A DNA stretch of 64,000 nucleotides from Candidatus Jorgensenbacteria bacterium GW2011_GWB1_50_10 (GTDB lineage Bacteria > Patescibacteriota > Minisyncoccia > UBA6257 > GWB1-50-10). Location of the stretch: positions 38,928 to 102,927 of the forward strand of contig LCQK01000001.1 of NCBI GenBank assembly GCA_001004105.1. The letters run 5' to 3'. The position numbers and the translations under genes are program-made. The number at the start of each line of letters is the position of its first letter. Position 1 is the first letter of the stretch. The notes under the pieces are model-generated. The model saw nothing but the letters and a program-made list of their open reading frames with translations. It was not told the origin of the DNA and did no database searches. Of this stretch, positions 8,153 to 17,657 are shown piece after piece.

Positions 8153-9265
8153 ATGAAATTAATTATATTAAAAACTAACTTAGTAGACGCACTGAATGCC
8201 GTTGAAGGTTCGGTGGGTGATAACACTAATTTACCAATTTTAAAAAACATTCTTCTTTCAACCGAAGATAATAAAATAATTTTGACATCAACTAACCTCG
8301 AAATTGCCGTAAAATACTCCATTCCAGGGAAAATAGTGGAAACAGGAATATTAACCGTGCCTTTCGGGATTTTTAGTAATATCGCTAAAAATCTCACTTC
8401 GGAAAGAGTGACACTCGAAAAGCAAGGTAAAAATTTCGTGGTTACGACAGACAACTATGAAGCCTCCCTCCGTTCTCAAGATCCTAAGGATTTCCCAATA
8501 ATCCCAACCATCCAAAACAAGAAAAATTCCATAAGAATTGGCGTAAATTTACTAAAAGGTATTCTCTCGCGAGTGGTTGTTGCCGCTCAATATTCCGACG
8601 TGAGGCCGGAAATAAGCGGTGTTTTCCTGAGTTATAAGGATAAAAAGCTTACCCTTGTTGCAACCGACAGTTTTCGGCTGGTTGAAATTTCTTTAAATCC
8701 TGGCGATTTTGAGGCAGATACAGATGATATCGCGGTCATAATTCCCTTAAAAACAGCCTTGGAGATTCTCCGGAGTCTGGCAGCAAGAGATGGCGGCGAG
8801 GTTTCGGTTTTTATAGATCCCAATCAAGTTCTTTTTCAAACCGAATCTGAAACCCTAATCTCGAGATTAATTGATGGTTCCTTCCCCGATTATCAAGCGA
8901 TAATTCCCAAGCAGATTAAATCCGAAGCAACTCTTTCACGAGAAGAATTATTAAATGCTGTGAAAATCACGAAGGTTTTTGCTGGGCGGGCGAATGATAT
9001 CACTTTGAAAGTCGGCGAGAACAAGAAATCCCTTGAAATCTTCGCTGCCGACAGCGCTCTAGGCGAAAACCAGTATAAAGTGCCGATAAAACTGAAAGGT
9101 GAGAAATTCTCGCTCGGATTCAATTGGCGGTATCTTTTTGACGGTCTGAAAATCTGGAGCGGCGAAGAAATAACCCTGGGCGTAAACGAACCCGACCGAC
9201 CGGTTCTGGTCAGAAACACCACCGAACCGAACGCTCTTTATGTGGTGATGCCGATTAAGTCTTAG
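8153..9265 (+). CDS. dnaN: DNA polymerase III beta sliding clamp
   Basis: 370 aa, three-domain clamp, N-terminal MKLIILKTNLVDALNAVEG typical of DnaN; position after dnaA. Confidence 0.9.
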   Translation: MKLIILKTNLVDALNAVEGSVGDNTNLPILKNILLSTEDNKIILTSTNLEIAVKYSIPGKIVETGILTVPFGIFSNIAKNLTSERVTLEKQGKNFVVTTDNYEASLRSQDPKDFPIIPTIQNKKNSIRIGVNLLKGILSRVVVAAQYSDVRPEISGVFLSYKDKKLTLVATDSFRLVEISLNPGDFEADTDDIAVIIPLKTALEILRSLAARDGGEVSVFIDPNQVLFQTESETLISRLIDGSFPDYQAIIPKQIKSEATLSREELLNAVKITKVFAGRANDITLKVGENKKSLEIFAADSALGENQYKVPIKLKGEKFSLGFNWRYLFDGLKIWSGEEITLGVNEPDRPVLVRNTTEPNALYVVMPIKS

Positions 9266-11796
9266 TGAAAAACAATAAGTGTTGTTTTGTATTCTTCGCC
9301 GGACAAATCAACAGCTTTTATCTCAATTAAATTTTGCGGTTCAAGGGCGTTTAAGATGTAATAATCCAAGTGATAATAAGTTCCGGAGACGTTTATATTT
9401 GACGTTTGACGGCGGTTAAAAGAAATTTCCACCCGGCTCAAACCGCGCACCGCTTGAAGGTCAGCCGAAACCCTGACCGGTAAATTGACAAAACTGCCGT
9501 TCTGAGGAGAAACGTTTGTAACAGTAATATTACCTGCGCCGGCGGAGGGGTATGCATTATCTAAAAAAGACACGTCGTTGGGGAGAGGAAGATTATAGGA
9601 GTAAAAGTCGGTAATGTTCGCGAGAGCCCAGTTTAAGACCCCGGTTTCCCAGTTGTAGAATTGAGAGTCTTCGTCTGGCGAGGCGGGTTTCGGTCCTAAG
9701 GGGTCGCGCTTGTTCACGTAATAAAGAATGGAATGGAGTTGGGGTAGGATCCGGCCGTTCACTATCGGCCGGTAAACCGCTTCACCGTTTAGCATTGGTT
9801 TTGTGACCGTTGTTTTCGGTTCGGGTTTCATAAAGGTTTCACTCGGGAATTTGTTTATAACTTCTTTCAGAAAAGCGTTCCAAATCGGGACGGCGGCAAG
9901 AATACTCGAACCCTGCCTTTGCATAGGGGCATTGTCGTTGTTGCCGGCCCAGACACCGACGACGAGGGAAGGGGTATAACCCATTGCCCAAGCGTCGCGG
10001 TAATCGTTGGTGGTGCCGGTTTTCAATGCCACTTCATGATCGGGGAAGATAGTAAGACTCAAGCTGTTTTGGAAGAGGCCGCTCCTCAGCTTCACGTCCG
10101 ATAAAATTTGATTAATGACTCGGACTGGTTCAGTTTCCATCACTCTCTCTGTTTCATCGTTCCAAGATTCGAGAACACTTCCCTTACTATCTTTAACCTC
10201 CAAGACAAATTTTTGGTTGTGGCGAACGCCTTCTTGCGAAAGGGTAGCATAGGCATTTACTAGATCAAACAACTTCACTTCACCGCCGCCCAAAATTAAA
10301 GAGAGACCGTAACGAGCCCGCTCTTTTAAGGAGGTGATGCCGAATTTATGAAGAGTGTCTAAAACATTGTCAAAACCGGCAAGGTAGAGAACTTTAACCG
10401 AAGGAACGTTGATGGATTGGGCGAGTCCTTCTTCGAAACTCACCGGTCCCCGGAAGCGGTCGTCGAAATTTTGAGGATGAAAGCAGTCCTTATCATTCTC
10501 TTTTAAAAAATCGGGGATGGCCGGACAGTTCGGGTCGTTCGACACAAACTCTGTCGGAGCGTCAATAATAATTGTTTTGGAGAGATAACCTTTTTTGAAG
10601 GCCGTAAGATAAGCGAAAGGTTTCAAAGCTGAGCCCGGCTGGCGAAGTCCTTGGGTGGCTACGTTGAATTTCGGTTCGAATTTACAGTCAACGCGAGGAG
10701 CGCAATCTAAGGGCAGAGATAAGGTGGCAAACCAATCGCGCGAACCCACCATCGCGAGAACTTGGCCAGTTTTGGGGTCTTCCGCGACCAGAGCAGCGTT
10801 TTCGCCGCCGTAAAGTTCCCCATTTCTCTCCGCTCCTTCCAAAACCGCCTTTTCGGCTATCTGCTGCATATCCCAATTAAGGGTGGTCACCACCCTCAAG
10901 CCGCCGTTTATAGCCATATCCTCGCCATATTTTTCAATCAAATAATCCTTCACCGCAAGGGAAAAGTGAGGGGCCTTGATGGTGCCAAGAGATGGCGGCG
11001 CAAAAGTGATTTCTTCCTGAAGAGCTTTATTTCTCTCGTCATCGGAAATGTAACCCAAGCTTGTCATTCTCTCCAGAACATATTTCTGCCTTTCAAAAAG
11101 TTCTTCTGTGTGAGTGCCCCAAGGCGAGAAATAACTCGGCGCTTTAAGGAGACTCGCGAGGAGAGTTACTTCGCCTAAAGTCAGGCCTTTCGCTTGTTTA
11201 TTGAAGAAAGTGAGGGCGGCCGCCTCCACGCCGTAGGCGTTTGAGCCGTAGGGAATCTGATTTAGATAAAATTCAAAGATTTCTTTTTTGCTGTATTTTG
11301 ATTCAAGTTGAATGGCGAGAATTAATTCCTTGATCTTGCGGGTAATGGTCTTCTCTGAAGAAAGAAAAGCGTTTTTAGCGAGCTGCTGAGTGATGGTGGA
11401 GCCGCCTTGGCTTACGCGGCCTTCTTTTAAATTCACAAGGAGCGCCCGAATAATGGCGCGCCAGTCAAAAGCCGGTTCGTTGTAGAAATCGGCGTCTTCG
11501 GCCGCAAGCGTCGCTTGTTTCAAAGATTCCGGAATTTCGTCAAAAGGAATGACGGTTCTTTTTTCCTCGCCGTGGATTTCATAAAGAAGGATCTCGCCAG
11601 AACGGTCATAAAGTTTAGAAGATTGACTCACCTTCCGTTCGCCGAACTCATACGGTGAAGGTAAACTTCTCACAATAATTGCGACGTAGACTGTTCCGGC
11701 GGCGGCTGCTGAAACCAAAATTCCCATCGCGGCGGCGAGAACGATTAGGAGTCGTTTTCTATTTTTTCTTTTTCTCACCTCTTTATTAAATACCAA
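9262..11796 (-). CDS. Class A penicillin-binding protein (glycosyltransferase GT51 + transpeptidase) with long C-terminal extension
   Basis: GT51 motifs EDADFYNEPAFDW, RVSQGGSTITQQLAKN; transpeptidase region downstream; N-terminal TM anchor. Confidence 0.85.
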   Translation of the reverse strand: MVFNKEVRKRKNRKRLLIVLAAAMGILVSAAAAGTVYVAIIVRSLPSPYEFGERKVSQSSKLYDRSGEILLYEIHGEEKRTVIPFDEIPESLKQATLAAEDADFYNEPAFDWRAIIRALLVNLKEGRVSQGGSTITQQLAKNAFLSSEKTITRKIKELILAIQLESKYSKKEIFEFYLNQIPYGSNAYGVEAAALTFFNKQAKGLTLGEVTLLASLLKAPSYFSPWGTHTEELFERQKYVLERMTSLGYISDDERNKALQEEITFAPPSLGTIKAPHFSLAVKDYLIEKYGEDMAINGGLRVVTTLNWDMQQIAEKAVLEGAERNGELYGGENAALVAEDPKTGQVLAMVGSRDWFATLSLPLDCAPRVDCKFEPKFNVATQGLRQPGSALKPFAYLTAFKKGYLSKTIIIDAPTEFVSNDPNCPAIPDFLKENDKDCFHPQNFDDRFRGPVSFEEGLAQSINVPSVKVLYLAGFDNVLDTLHKFGITSLKERARYGLSLILGGGEVKLFDLVNAYATLSQEGVRHNQKFVLEVKDSKGSVLESWNDETERVMETEPVRVINQILSDVKLRSGLFQNSLSLTIFPDHEVALKTGTTNDYRDAWAMGYTPSLVVGVWAGNNDNAPMQRQGSSILAAVPIWNAFLKEVINKFPSETFMKPEPKTTVTKPMLNGEAVYRPIVNGRILPQLHSILYYVNKRDPLGPKPASPDEDSQFYNWETGVLNWALANITDFYSYNLPLPNDVSFLDNAYPSAGAGNITVTNVSPQNGSFVNLPVRVSADLQAVRGLSRVEISFNRRQTSNINVSGTYYHLDYYILNALEPQNLIEIKAVDLSGEEYKTTLIVFH

Positions 11797-11810
11797 AAAG
11801 CCTTTTTACT

Positions 11811-11856
11811 CAAAACAAAAACCCCGCCTCGAATTTTATTTTGAAAGCGGGGTTTC
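11811..11856 (-). terminator. Intrinsic terminator (hairpin AAACCCCGC...GCGGGGTTT + U-run on minus strand) between acidic small protein gene and PBP1A gene
   Basis: 9-bp GC-rich stem with 20-nt loop followed by T-rich tract in the minus direction. Confidence 0.5.
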
Positions 11857-11865
11857 TGTCTTTGA

Positions 11866-12078
11866 CTAGTACTCTAAATTTTCTTCCCCATCCCCGAGGC
11901 TTGTTTCCTCGTCTTCTTTCGGTTCCTCAATCCCTTCTTCCACCTCTTTCTCTTCATCTGCCTCCTCGTCATCCAAGGCGACCAGATGCGTCTTTTTTAT
12001 TTCTAAAGTCGTCATAATTATATTTAGACGGCGACCTTTCATTAATGTTATAGGGAGTATAACCAAGGTTTTAGCCAT
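11866..12078 (-). CDS. Small hypothetical protein with highly acidic C-terminal tail
   Basis: 70 aa ORF in operon position downstream of ruvC; C-terminus DDEEADEEKEVEEGIEEPKEDEE; no family recognised. Confidence 0.35.
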   Translation of the reverse strand: MAKTLVILPITLMKGRRLNIIMTTLEIKKTHLVALDDEEADEEKEVEEGIEEPKEDEETSLGDGEENLEY

Positions 12079-12087
12079 GTCAATCCC

Positions 12088-12558
12088 TTAAAAGCGCTCT
12101 AAGGAGGCAGCGGCAATGGCGATCGCTAGGGCGTCGCTTACGTCATCAAGCATCTTTAAGGAGCCTAATTTGAGGAAATATTTAACCATCTTTCCCACCC
12201 CGTCTTTAGAGGCGTTCCCGTCGCCTGTGACCGCGAGTTTCACCTCTTTTGGGTTAAGTTCCTTCAAAGGAATCGAGTTCTGTACAATGGTTTTCAAAAT
12301 CACCCCCCGCGCTTCGGCGACTCGAATGGCGGTTTTCCGGTTTTTCTCGAAAAACAATCTTTCCAATCCTACCCGGTCAGGCCGGAATTTTCGGAGCAAT
12401 TCCTTCAGATTTTTTTCGAGCGCCACCAAGCGCACTTCGTAATTCTCAGCCGGCAATTTAATGAGGCCGGATTCCAGATGAGTTAGTTTTCCGCCGTTTT
12501 TTTCAATCACGCCGTAGCCGACGCGCACCGTTCCCGGATCAATACCCAAGATTATCAT
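12088..12558 (-). CDS. ruvC: Holliday junction resolvase RuvC
   Basis: N-terminal MIILGIDPGTVRVGYGVIE (catalytic Asp), ~156 aa RNase H-like fold resolvase. Confidence 0.85.
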   Translation of the reverse strand: MIILGIDPGTVRVGYGVIEKNGGKLTHLESGLIKLPAENYEVRLVALEKNLKELLRKFRPDRVGLERLFFEKNRKTAIRVAEARGVILKTIVQNSIPLKELNPKEVKLAVTGDGNASKDGVGKMVKYFLKLGSLKMLDDVSDALAIAIAAASLERF

Positions 12559-12566
12559 TTTGTTTT

Positions 12567-13091
12567 TCAGAAGTTGCGGTAGACGCCCTGGACGTCGTCG
12601 TGATTTTCCAAACTTTCCGCAAGCGCTTGAGATTTAATTCTATTCTCATCACTAAAGGCGCCGGGAAATTTAGGTTTCCATTCCCCGCCCTCGGTTATAA
12701 AAGCCCAGACGACACTTTTCGGTTCGGCGAGCCGCCCGCCGCCGTCTTTCAAAATATTTTTTATTTCCTGAATAGTCCGGTTCTTATTATCGGTTAAGGC
12801 CTGAATAACGAGAGCCGTTCCGCCCGGGCCGTAGGCCTCCAAAATAATTTCTTCTGTGGTGCCCTCGCCGCTCGCGGCTTTTTCAATTGCTCTTTCAATG
12901 TTTTCCCGCGGCACGCCTCCGGTGCGAGCCCGCTCCACCGCTGCCCGCAGACCGGGGTTAAAGTCGGGATTTTTTTCCTGTTTGGCTTGCACCGTTACCG
13001 CCCGGAGAAGCTTAGAAAACTCCGCCCCGCGCCTTTCGTCGGCTTTACCCTTCCTTTCTTTAATTTGTTTCCAATGACTGTGGCCGGCCAT
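12567..13091 (-). CDS. YebC/PmpR family transcriptional regulator (short, 174 aa)
   Basis: MAGHSHWKQIKERKGKADERRGAEFSKL N-terminus is the hallmark of the YebC family. Confidence 0.8.
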   Translation of the reverse strand: MAGHSHWKQIKERKGKADERRGAEFSKLLRAVTVQAKQEKNPDFNPGLRAAVERARTGGVPRENIERAIEKAASGEGTTEEIILEAYGPGGTALVIQALTDNKNRTIQEIKNILKDGGGRLAEPKSVVWAFITEGGEWKPKFPGAFSDENRIKSQALAESLENHDDVQGVYRNF

Positions 13092-14398
13092 TAGTCGTAG
13101 AGAGTTCTTTTCTTGGGGACGAGCGAGAAACTTAAAGGGAGAGTGAACGAGAACTTAGTGCCCCGGCCGAGCTCCGATTCAACGCTAATTTCTCCGCCGT
13201 GCCCTTGGACGATGTTTTTGGTAATATAGAGGCCCAGACCGCTCCCATTCGGCTCCAGATCCACGACGTTTTGACCGCGGTGGAATTTAGTGAAGATTCT
13301 TTTGAGCTCGTTCTCGGGAATGCCCACGCCCGTGTCCCGGACATTTACTTTCACGAATTTCCCGCCCCTCATTTCTTCCAAATTAATCGTGACCGAGCCA
13401 CCGGAGGAATTGTAGCGGATGGCGTTGTTGAGAAGATTGGTAAGGGCGATGCCCAAGCGTTCCGGGTCAATTTTGACTTTGTACGGTTTAGGGGGGGCGA
13501 CGAAATTGAGCTTGATGTTGTAGCTTTCGGCGACAATAGCGGCCTCGGTCGCGACATTCCTTATAAATTGCGATAAATCGGCTTCCTGGAACTTGAAACC
13601 GAACCGGCCTTCCTCAATTTTAGCGGCATCAAGGAGGTCGTTTACGATTTTTATTATTCGGTTGGAAAGCTCCACGCCTTTTTGGGCGTTTTCTTTTATC
13701 TCGGGGCCCGCTGCCCCCGAAATCGTTTCAAAAACCCATTTAATAGCGGTTAGGGGCGTGCGGAGCTGGTGAGCGGCGACCGTAAGGAATTCGCTTTTCG
13801 ATTCGGCCGCCTGCTTTTCACGAGAGAGGTCCTCCACTATTTTTAAAAACCCTTTCGGTTTTCCGTTTTCGTCCGAGATTTGAGTGGTGGCGGAACGTAA
13901 CTTCAGAGCCGGTTCGTCAATAATAATTTCCACTATCTGCGGTGAACCGGAGGAAATTTGGGTAACGGTTGGGGCGAGCGTCGGAAAGAAAACCATAATG
14001 AGAGTTTTGAGGCGGGGTAGGCGGATTGATTCCGGAGAAACTTTGAGACCCGAAACCTCCTCTTTTTTAAGATTGAAGAGCGCCTCCGCTGCCCGATTGA
14101 ATTCCGTGATTCTGAAATCAGGGTCGTAGATTATGACCGCATCGTTTAAATACTGAATAACAGCCTGGAGTTCGAAATTTTTGAGTCGGGCCGAGGTTTT
14201 GAATTCAGCTAAATCCGCAGAACCCTTAACGAGAGCAATGCCGACACCGACAAAAACGAGAATTTCTGAAAGCGTAACGAACCCGGGTGCCGCAAAAGCG
14301 CCCAAAATCACGAGAATTAAACCGGAGAGAAGTAATATAAAAAGAGCGAAGGTCGCCGGCAGGCGGTAAAGATTTTTAAATTTGTCCCAAAAATTCAT
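13091..14398 (-). CDS. Sensor histidine kinase (2 TM, PAS-like, HisKA, HATPase_c); no cognate response regulator nearby
   Basis: H-box AAHQLRTPLTAIKW, N/G1/G2 boxes (NLLNNAIRY, DTGVGIP, GSGLGL). Confidence 0.8.
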   Translation of the reverse strand: MNFWDKFKNLYRLPATFALFILLLSGLILVILGAFAAPGFVTLSEILVFVGVGIALVKGSADLAEFKTSARLKNFELQAVIQYLNDAVIIYDPDFRITEFNRAAEALFNLKKEEVSGLKVSPESIRLPRLKTLIMVFFPTLAPTVTQISSGSPQIVEIIIDEPALKLRSATTQISDENGKPKGFLKIVEDLSREKQAAESKSEFLTVAAHQLRTPLTAIKWVFETISGAAGPEIKENAQKGVELSNRIIKIVNDLLDAAKIEEGRFGFKFQEADLSQFIRNVATEAAIVAESYNIKLNFVAPPKPYKVKIDPERLGIALTNLLNNAIRYNSSGGSVTINLEEMRGGKFVKVNVRDTGVGIPENELKRIFTKFHRGQNVVDLEPNGSGLGLYITKNIVQGHGGEISVESELGRGTKFSFTLPLSFSLVPKKRTLYD

Positions 14399-16842
14399 TT
14401 TAATTCACCTAAATTCTTGCCGATCTTAGTTTCAACGGAGAGAGGCACGGAAACTTTGTAAACACTTTCCATAATAGGAGGAATAATCGCCAGAATTTCT
14501 TTCAGAATATCATCGCCCACTTCAAAGAGCAATTCGTCGTGAATAGTAAGTACTAGTTTCGCCTCATTCTCTAACCAATCTTTCTCCCTCAACTTATTAA
14601 AGCTTTCAATCATTGCCATTTTAAGGATGTCGGCGCCCAAGCTTTGGATCGGCATGTTCACCGCTGCCCGTTCCATATCTGATTCCGCCCGGGGCGAACC
14701 TGAGACGATGTCCAAAAACCAGCGCCGCCGGCCGTTTTCGTTTCTCACGAAACCGAAAGTGCGGGCTTCGTTCTTCGTGCGGTTTTGCCACTCTTTAATA
14801 TCGGGAAAATCCTTGAAGTATTCCTCGATAAAAGCGGTCGCTTTCTCAATCGGTAATCCGCTTGTTTCGCTGAAAGCTCTGGCACCCATGCCGTAAATCA
14901 CGCCGAAGTTCAGGGTTTTGCCGACCCGCCGCATTGCTTCCGTCACGGCCTCGGGTGGGACATTGAAAACCTGAGCGGCGGTGAGGCGATGAGCGTCCAT
15001 GCCTTCAAGAAAAGCTTTTTTTAATTTTTTATCTCCCGAAACATGAGCCATAAGCCGAAGTTCAAGTTGGGAATAGTCAAAAGCGACGAAGCTGCAGCCC
15101 GCCGGCGCCTCGAACGCCTCCCGGAGCGCCCTTGACCACTTTGATTCCTGAGGGAGATTCTGAAGATTGGGTTTTTCGGAAGCAAGGCGGCCGGTCGCGG
15201 TGCCGGTTTGAATGAAAGTAGTGTGGACCCGGCCGTCCGGCCCGATTGCATTAATCAAGGGTTTGACGAAAGTGGAATTGATTTTAAAGTCCTCACGGTA
15301 TTCCAGAATTAGAGGGACGATTGGGTGTTTGTCCTTCAGGTTTTTCAAGACCTCAAAGGAAGTAGATCTCAGGCCGCCTTTCGTGCGTCTCGCCCGTTCT
15401 TGTCTAAGGTTCAATTTATCGAAAAGAACACCGCCCAACTGTTTTGAAGAATTAATGTTAAAGGGCACTCCGGCGAGGTTATAAATCTCTTTAGCTAATC
15501 CCTTAAGTTCAGCCGCAAGCATTCCCTCTAAATTCTTCAACTTTGAGACGTTCACGCCCACGCCCCACTTTTCCATCCTGGCGAGGATCTCAATAAGCGG
15601 CATCTCAATTTTTTCAAAGGTATTTCGCAGTTCGTACTCTTGAATTTTAGCCCCGAAAAATGAGAAGAATTTTGAGAGAAGGCCGATTAAATCCTCGCCC
15701 TTAGCGCTTCGGTAGAAAAATCTCTGGGAGAGGGCCTCGGGCGAGAAATCTTTCTGGTCTGGATCGATAAGCCAGCCGGCCACGCCAATGTCGAAAATCG
15801 GCGGCGAAACATCAATATGCCTCGCACTAAATTCCTTAAAAAAACCCTTCCAGTCAAAGGCCACTTTTATTTTAGTGGAGGACAGTTCTTCTTGGTGCTC
15901 CAAGGCGGAGGTAAGCGACGGGACAAGGACAGCTTCTTTCGGTGTCTCAGGTAGGGGGATTTCCCCGGCCTGCGCCGGACCGTTTTTTAAGATTCTTTTG
16001 ACCAAACTTTGGAAGCCCAATCCGCTGAAGTATTTAATTAGCGTTTCCGTTTCAAACTCCTTAAATTCCAAATCATTTAGTTTCACTTCAAGTGGCACGT
16101 CCTCTCTTAGAATCACGAGTTTTTTAGAAAGAAGGGCTTGAGCTTCGTGTTTCTGGAATTTTTCCCGGAGTTTGGGATTTTCATCAAGTTTTTTGAAAAG
16201 GTTTTCCAGGGTTTTGTAATCCTTGAGAAGGGTGGCGGCCGTCTTGGGACCGACGCCGGGGACGCCTGGAATATTGTCGGAGGGATCACCGACCAAAGCT
16301 TTGTAGTCCGGCATTTTTTTGGGCGGGAGACCGAAGCGTTCCACGACCGCACGCTCGTTGTAAATCACCGTTTCGCTCAAGCCCTTTTTTGGCGTCTGGA
16401 CCACAACTTTGTTTTTTTGCACGAGCTGGAGGGTATCTAAATCACCCGTCAAAATCACGATTTTTAAACTCTCAGATTCCCGGAATTTGGAGACGAGAGT
16501 GGCAATGATATCATCAGCTTCAAAGCCGTTCAGTTCAAAACTCGGGATGCCTAATTTTTGGAACAATTCGTGGGCTTTGACGATTTGGTGGATCAGTTCC
16601 TCGGCGGCCGGTGGCCGGTGGGCTTTATATTCCCGGAAAAGCTCGTCCCGAAAAGTGGGCTCGGGTCGGTCAAAAGCCGCCGCCGCATAGTCGGGTTTTT
16701 GTTCTCTCATGATTTTAAGGAGGGCGCTTGAGAGACCGTAAATCGCGCCAATCGGCTCGCCGCTCGGCGCCGTGAGGGGCGGCAGAGCGTGATAAGCCCG
16801 GTGGATCAAGGCATTGGCGTCAATTAGAAGGAGGGTTTTCAT
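14395..16842 (-). CDS. polA: DNA polymerase I (5'-3' exonuclease + polymerase domains)
   Basis: 5' nuclease N-terminus (MKTLLLIDANALIHRAYHA), Pol A motifs (DYSQLELR, KTLNFGVIYG, LTIHDELLFE). Confidence 0.9.
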   Translation of the reverse strand: MKTLLLIDANALIHRAYHALPPLTAPSGEPIGAIYGLSSALLKIMREQKPDYAAAAFDRPEPTFRDELFREYKAHRPPAAEELIHQIVKAHELFQKLGIPSFELNGFEADDIIATLVSKFRESESLKIVILTGDLDTLQLVQKNKVVVQTPKKGLSETVIYNERAVVERFGLPPKKMPDYKALVGDPSDNIPGVPGVGPKTAATLLKDYKTLENLFKKLDENPKLREKFQKHEAQALLSKKLVILREDVPLEVKLNDLEFKEFETETLIKYFSGLGFQSLVKRILKNGPAQAGEIPLPETPKEAVLVPSLTSALEHQEELSSTKIKVAFDWKGFFKEFSARHIDVSPPIFDIGVAGWLIDPDQKDFSPEALSQRFFYRSAKGEDLIGLLSKFFSFFGAKIQEYELRNTFEKIEMPLIEILARMEKWGVGVNVSKLKNLEGMLAAELKGLAKEIYNLAGVPFNINSSKQLGGVLFDKLNLRQERARRTKGGLRSTSFEVLKNLKDKHPIVPLILEYREDFKINSTFVKPLINAIGPDGRVHTTFIQTGTATGRLASEKPNLQNLPQESKWSRALREAFEAPAGCSFVAFDYSQLELRLMAHVSGDKKLKKAFLEGMDAHRLTAAQVFNVPPEAVTEAMRRVGKTLNFGVIYGMGARAFSETSGLPIEKATAFIEEYFKDFPDIKEWQNRTKNEARTFGFVRNENGRRRWFLDIVSGSPRAESDMERAAVNMPIQSLGADILKMAMIESFNKLREKDWLENEAKLVLTIHDELLFEVGDDILKEILAIIPPIMESVYKVSVPLSVETKIGKNLGELK

Positions 16843-16843
16843 A

Positions 16844-16874
16844 CTTTCTTATTCGCGCGAATTAGAAATAGTTG
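16844..16874. repeat. Repeat copy A (CTTTCTTATTCGCGCGAATTAGAAATAGTTG) overlapping arsR-1 3' end / polA start
   Basis: ~31 nt direct repeat of the element at 17159-17190; contains palindromic core TTCGCGCGAA. Confidence 0.6.
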
Positions 16875-17124
16875 GGATTAGTTGTTTGATAATTAAGGGA
16901 AGAGGATTAGCTAAACGATAGTAGACAACGAGACTCTCTTGCCTTCGGTCGAGAATATCCAGTTGGTGAAGGAGGCGCAGATGTTTTGAAGTGGAAGTAA
17001 AAGACAGGTTAATCTGTTCGGCGATTTCCGCGACCCGCAGTTCTTTGTTTTTCGAGAGCGCTTTAATGATGGCGAGCCGCCGCCGGTTAGCGAGCGCCTT
17101 AAAAAATTTTTCTAAATGTTTCAT
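16849..17124 (-). CDS. ArsR/SmtB-family winged-helix transcriptional regulator (paralog 1)
   Basis: ANRRRLAIIKAL...LRVAEIAEQINLSFTSTSKHLRLLHQLDIL HTH pattern of ArsR family. Confidence 0.75.
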   Translation of the reverse strand: MKHLEKFFKALANRRRLAIIKALSKNKELRVAEIAEQINLSFTSTSKHLRLLHQLDILDRRQESLVVYYRLANPLPLIIKQLIPTISNSRE

Positions 17125-17158
17125 ATTATTTTATTACCAATAATATTATAGTATACTA

Positions 17159-17190
17159 CTTTCTTATTCGCGCGAATAAGAAAGTAGTTG
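17159..17190. repeat. Repeat copy B: perfect 26-nt palindrome CTTTCTTATTCGCGCGAATAAGAAAG upstream of arsR-1 (candidate operator)
   Basis: Perfect inverted repeat; near-identical to copy A at 16844-16874; sits in the arsR-1 promoter region between tsaE end and arsR start. Confidence 0.6.
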
Positions 17191-17201
17191 TTGAGCTTCT
17201 C

Positions 17202-17657
17202 TTACCCGATTCTAATTCCAGTTTTTATAATTCTTTCGTTTTCTCTCCGGACATGGCGGAAATTTATGAGAAGCGATTTTTTTGGCAGCAACCTTCCTAT
17301 TTTATCGGCCCACTCGATAAGAACAATGTTTTTGGGGTCGCTGAATATTTCTTTGAGACCTAAAATTTCCAACTCCCTCGGTTTTTTAAGGCGATAGGCG
17401 TCAACGTGGAATAAAAATTTGTAGTTTTTGGTTTGCAGTTTATAGCTGCGGATGATGAGAAAAGTTGGGCTTGGGAGATGACGCCTAATGCCCGATCCGC
17501 GGGCGAAACCCTGAACGAAAGTCGTTTTGCCGCTCCCTAAGTTTCCCACAAGTCCCACCACGAACGCCTCGTCTCTTTTTTTGTATTTTAAAATCTCTTT
17601 AGCGAGCGCTCTCGCCGTGGCGGCAGTTTCTCTCGGAGAGCGAGACTTAATGGTCAT
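17202..17657 (-). CDS. tsaE: tRNA threonylcarbamoyladenosine biosynthesis protein TsaE
   Basis: P-loop GLVGNLGSGKTTFVQG and 151 aa size typical of TsaE/YjeE. Confidence 0.75.
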   Translation of the reverse strand: MTIKSRSPRETAATARALAKEILKYKKRDEAFVVGLVGNLGSGKTTFVQGFARGSGIRRHLPSPTFLIIRSYKLQTKNYKFLFHVDAYRLKKPRELEILGLKEIFSDPKNIVLIEWADKIGRLLPKKSLLINFRHVRRENERIIKTGIRIG

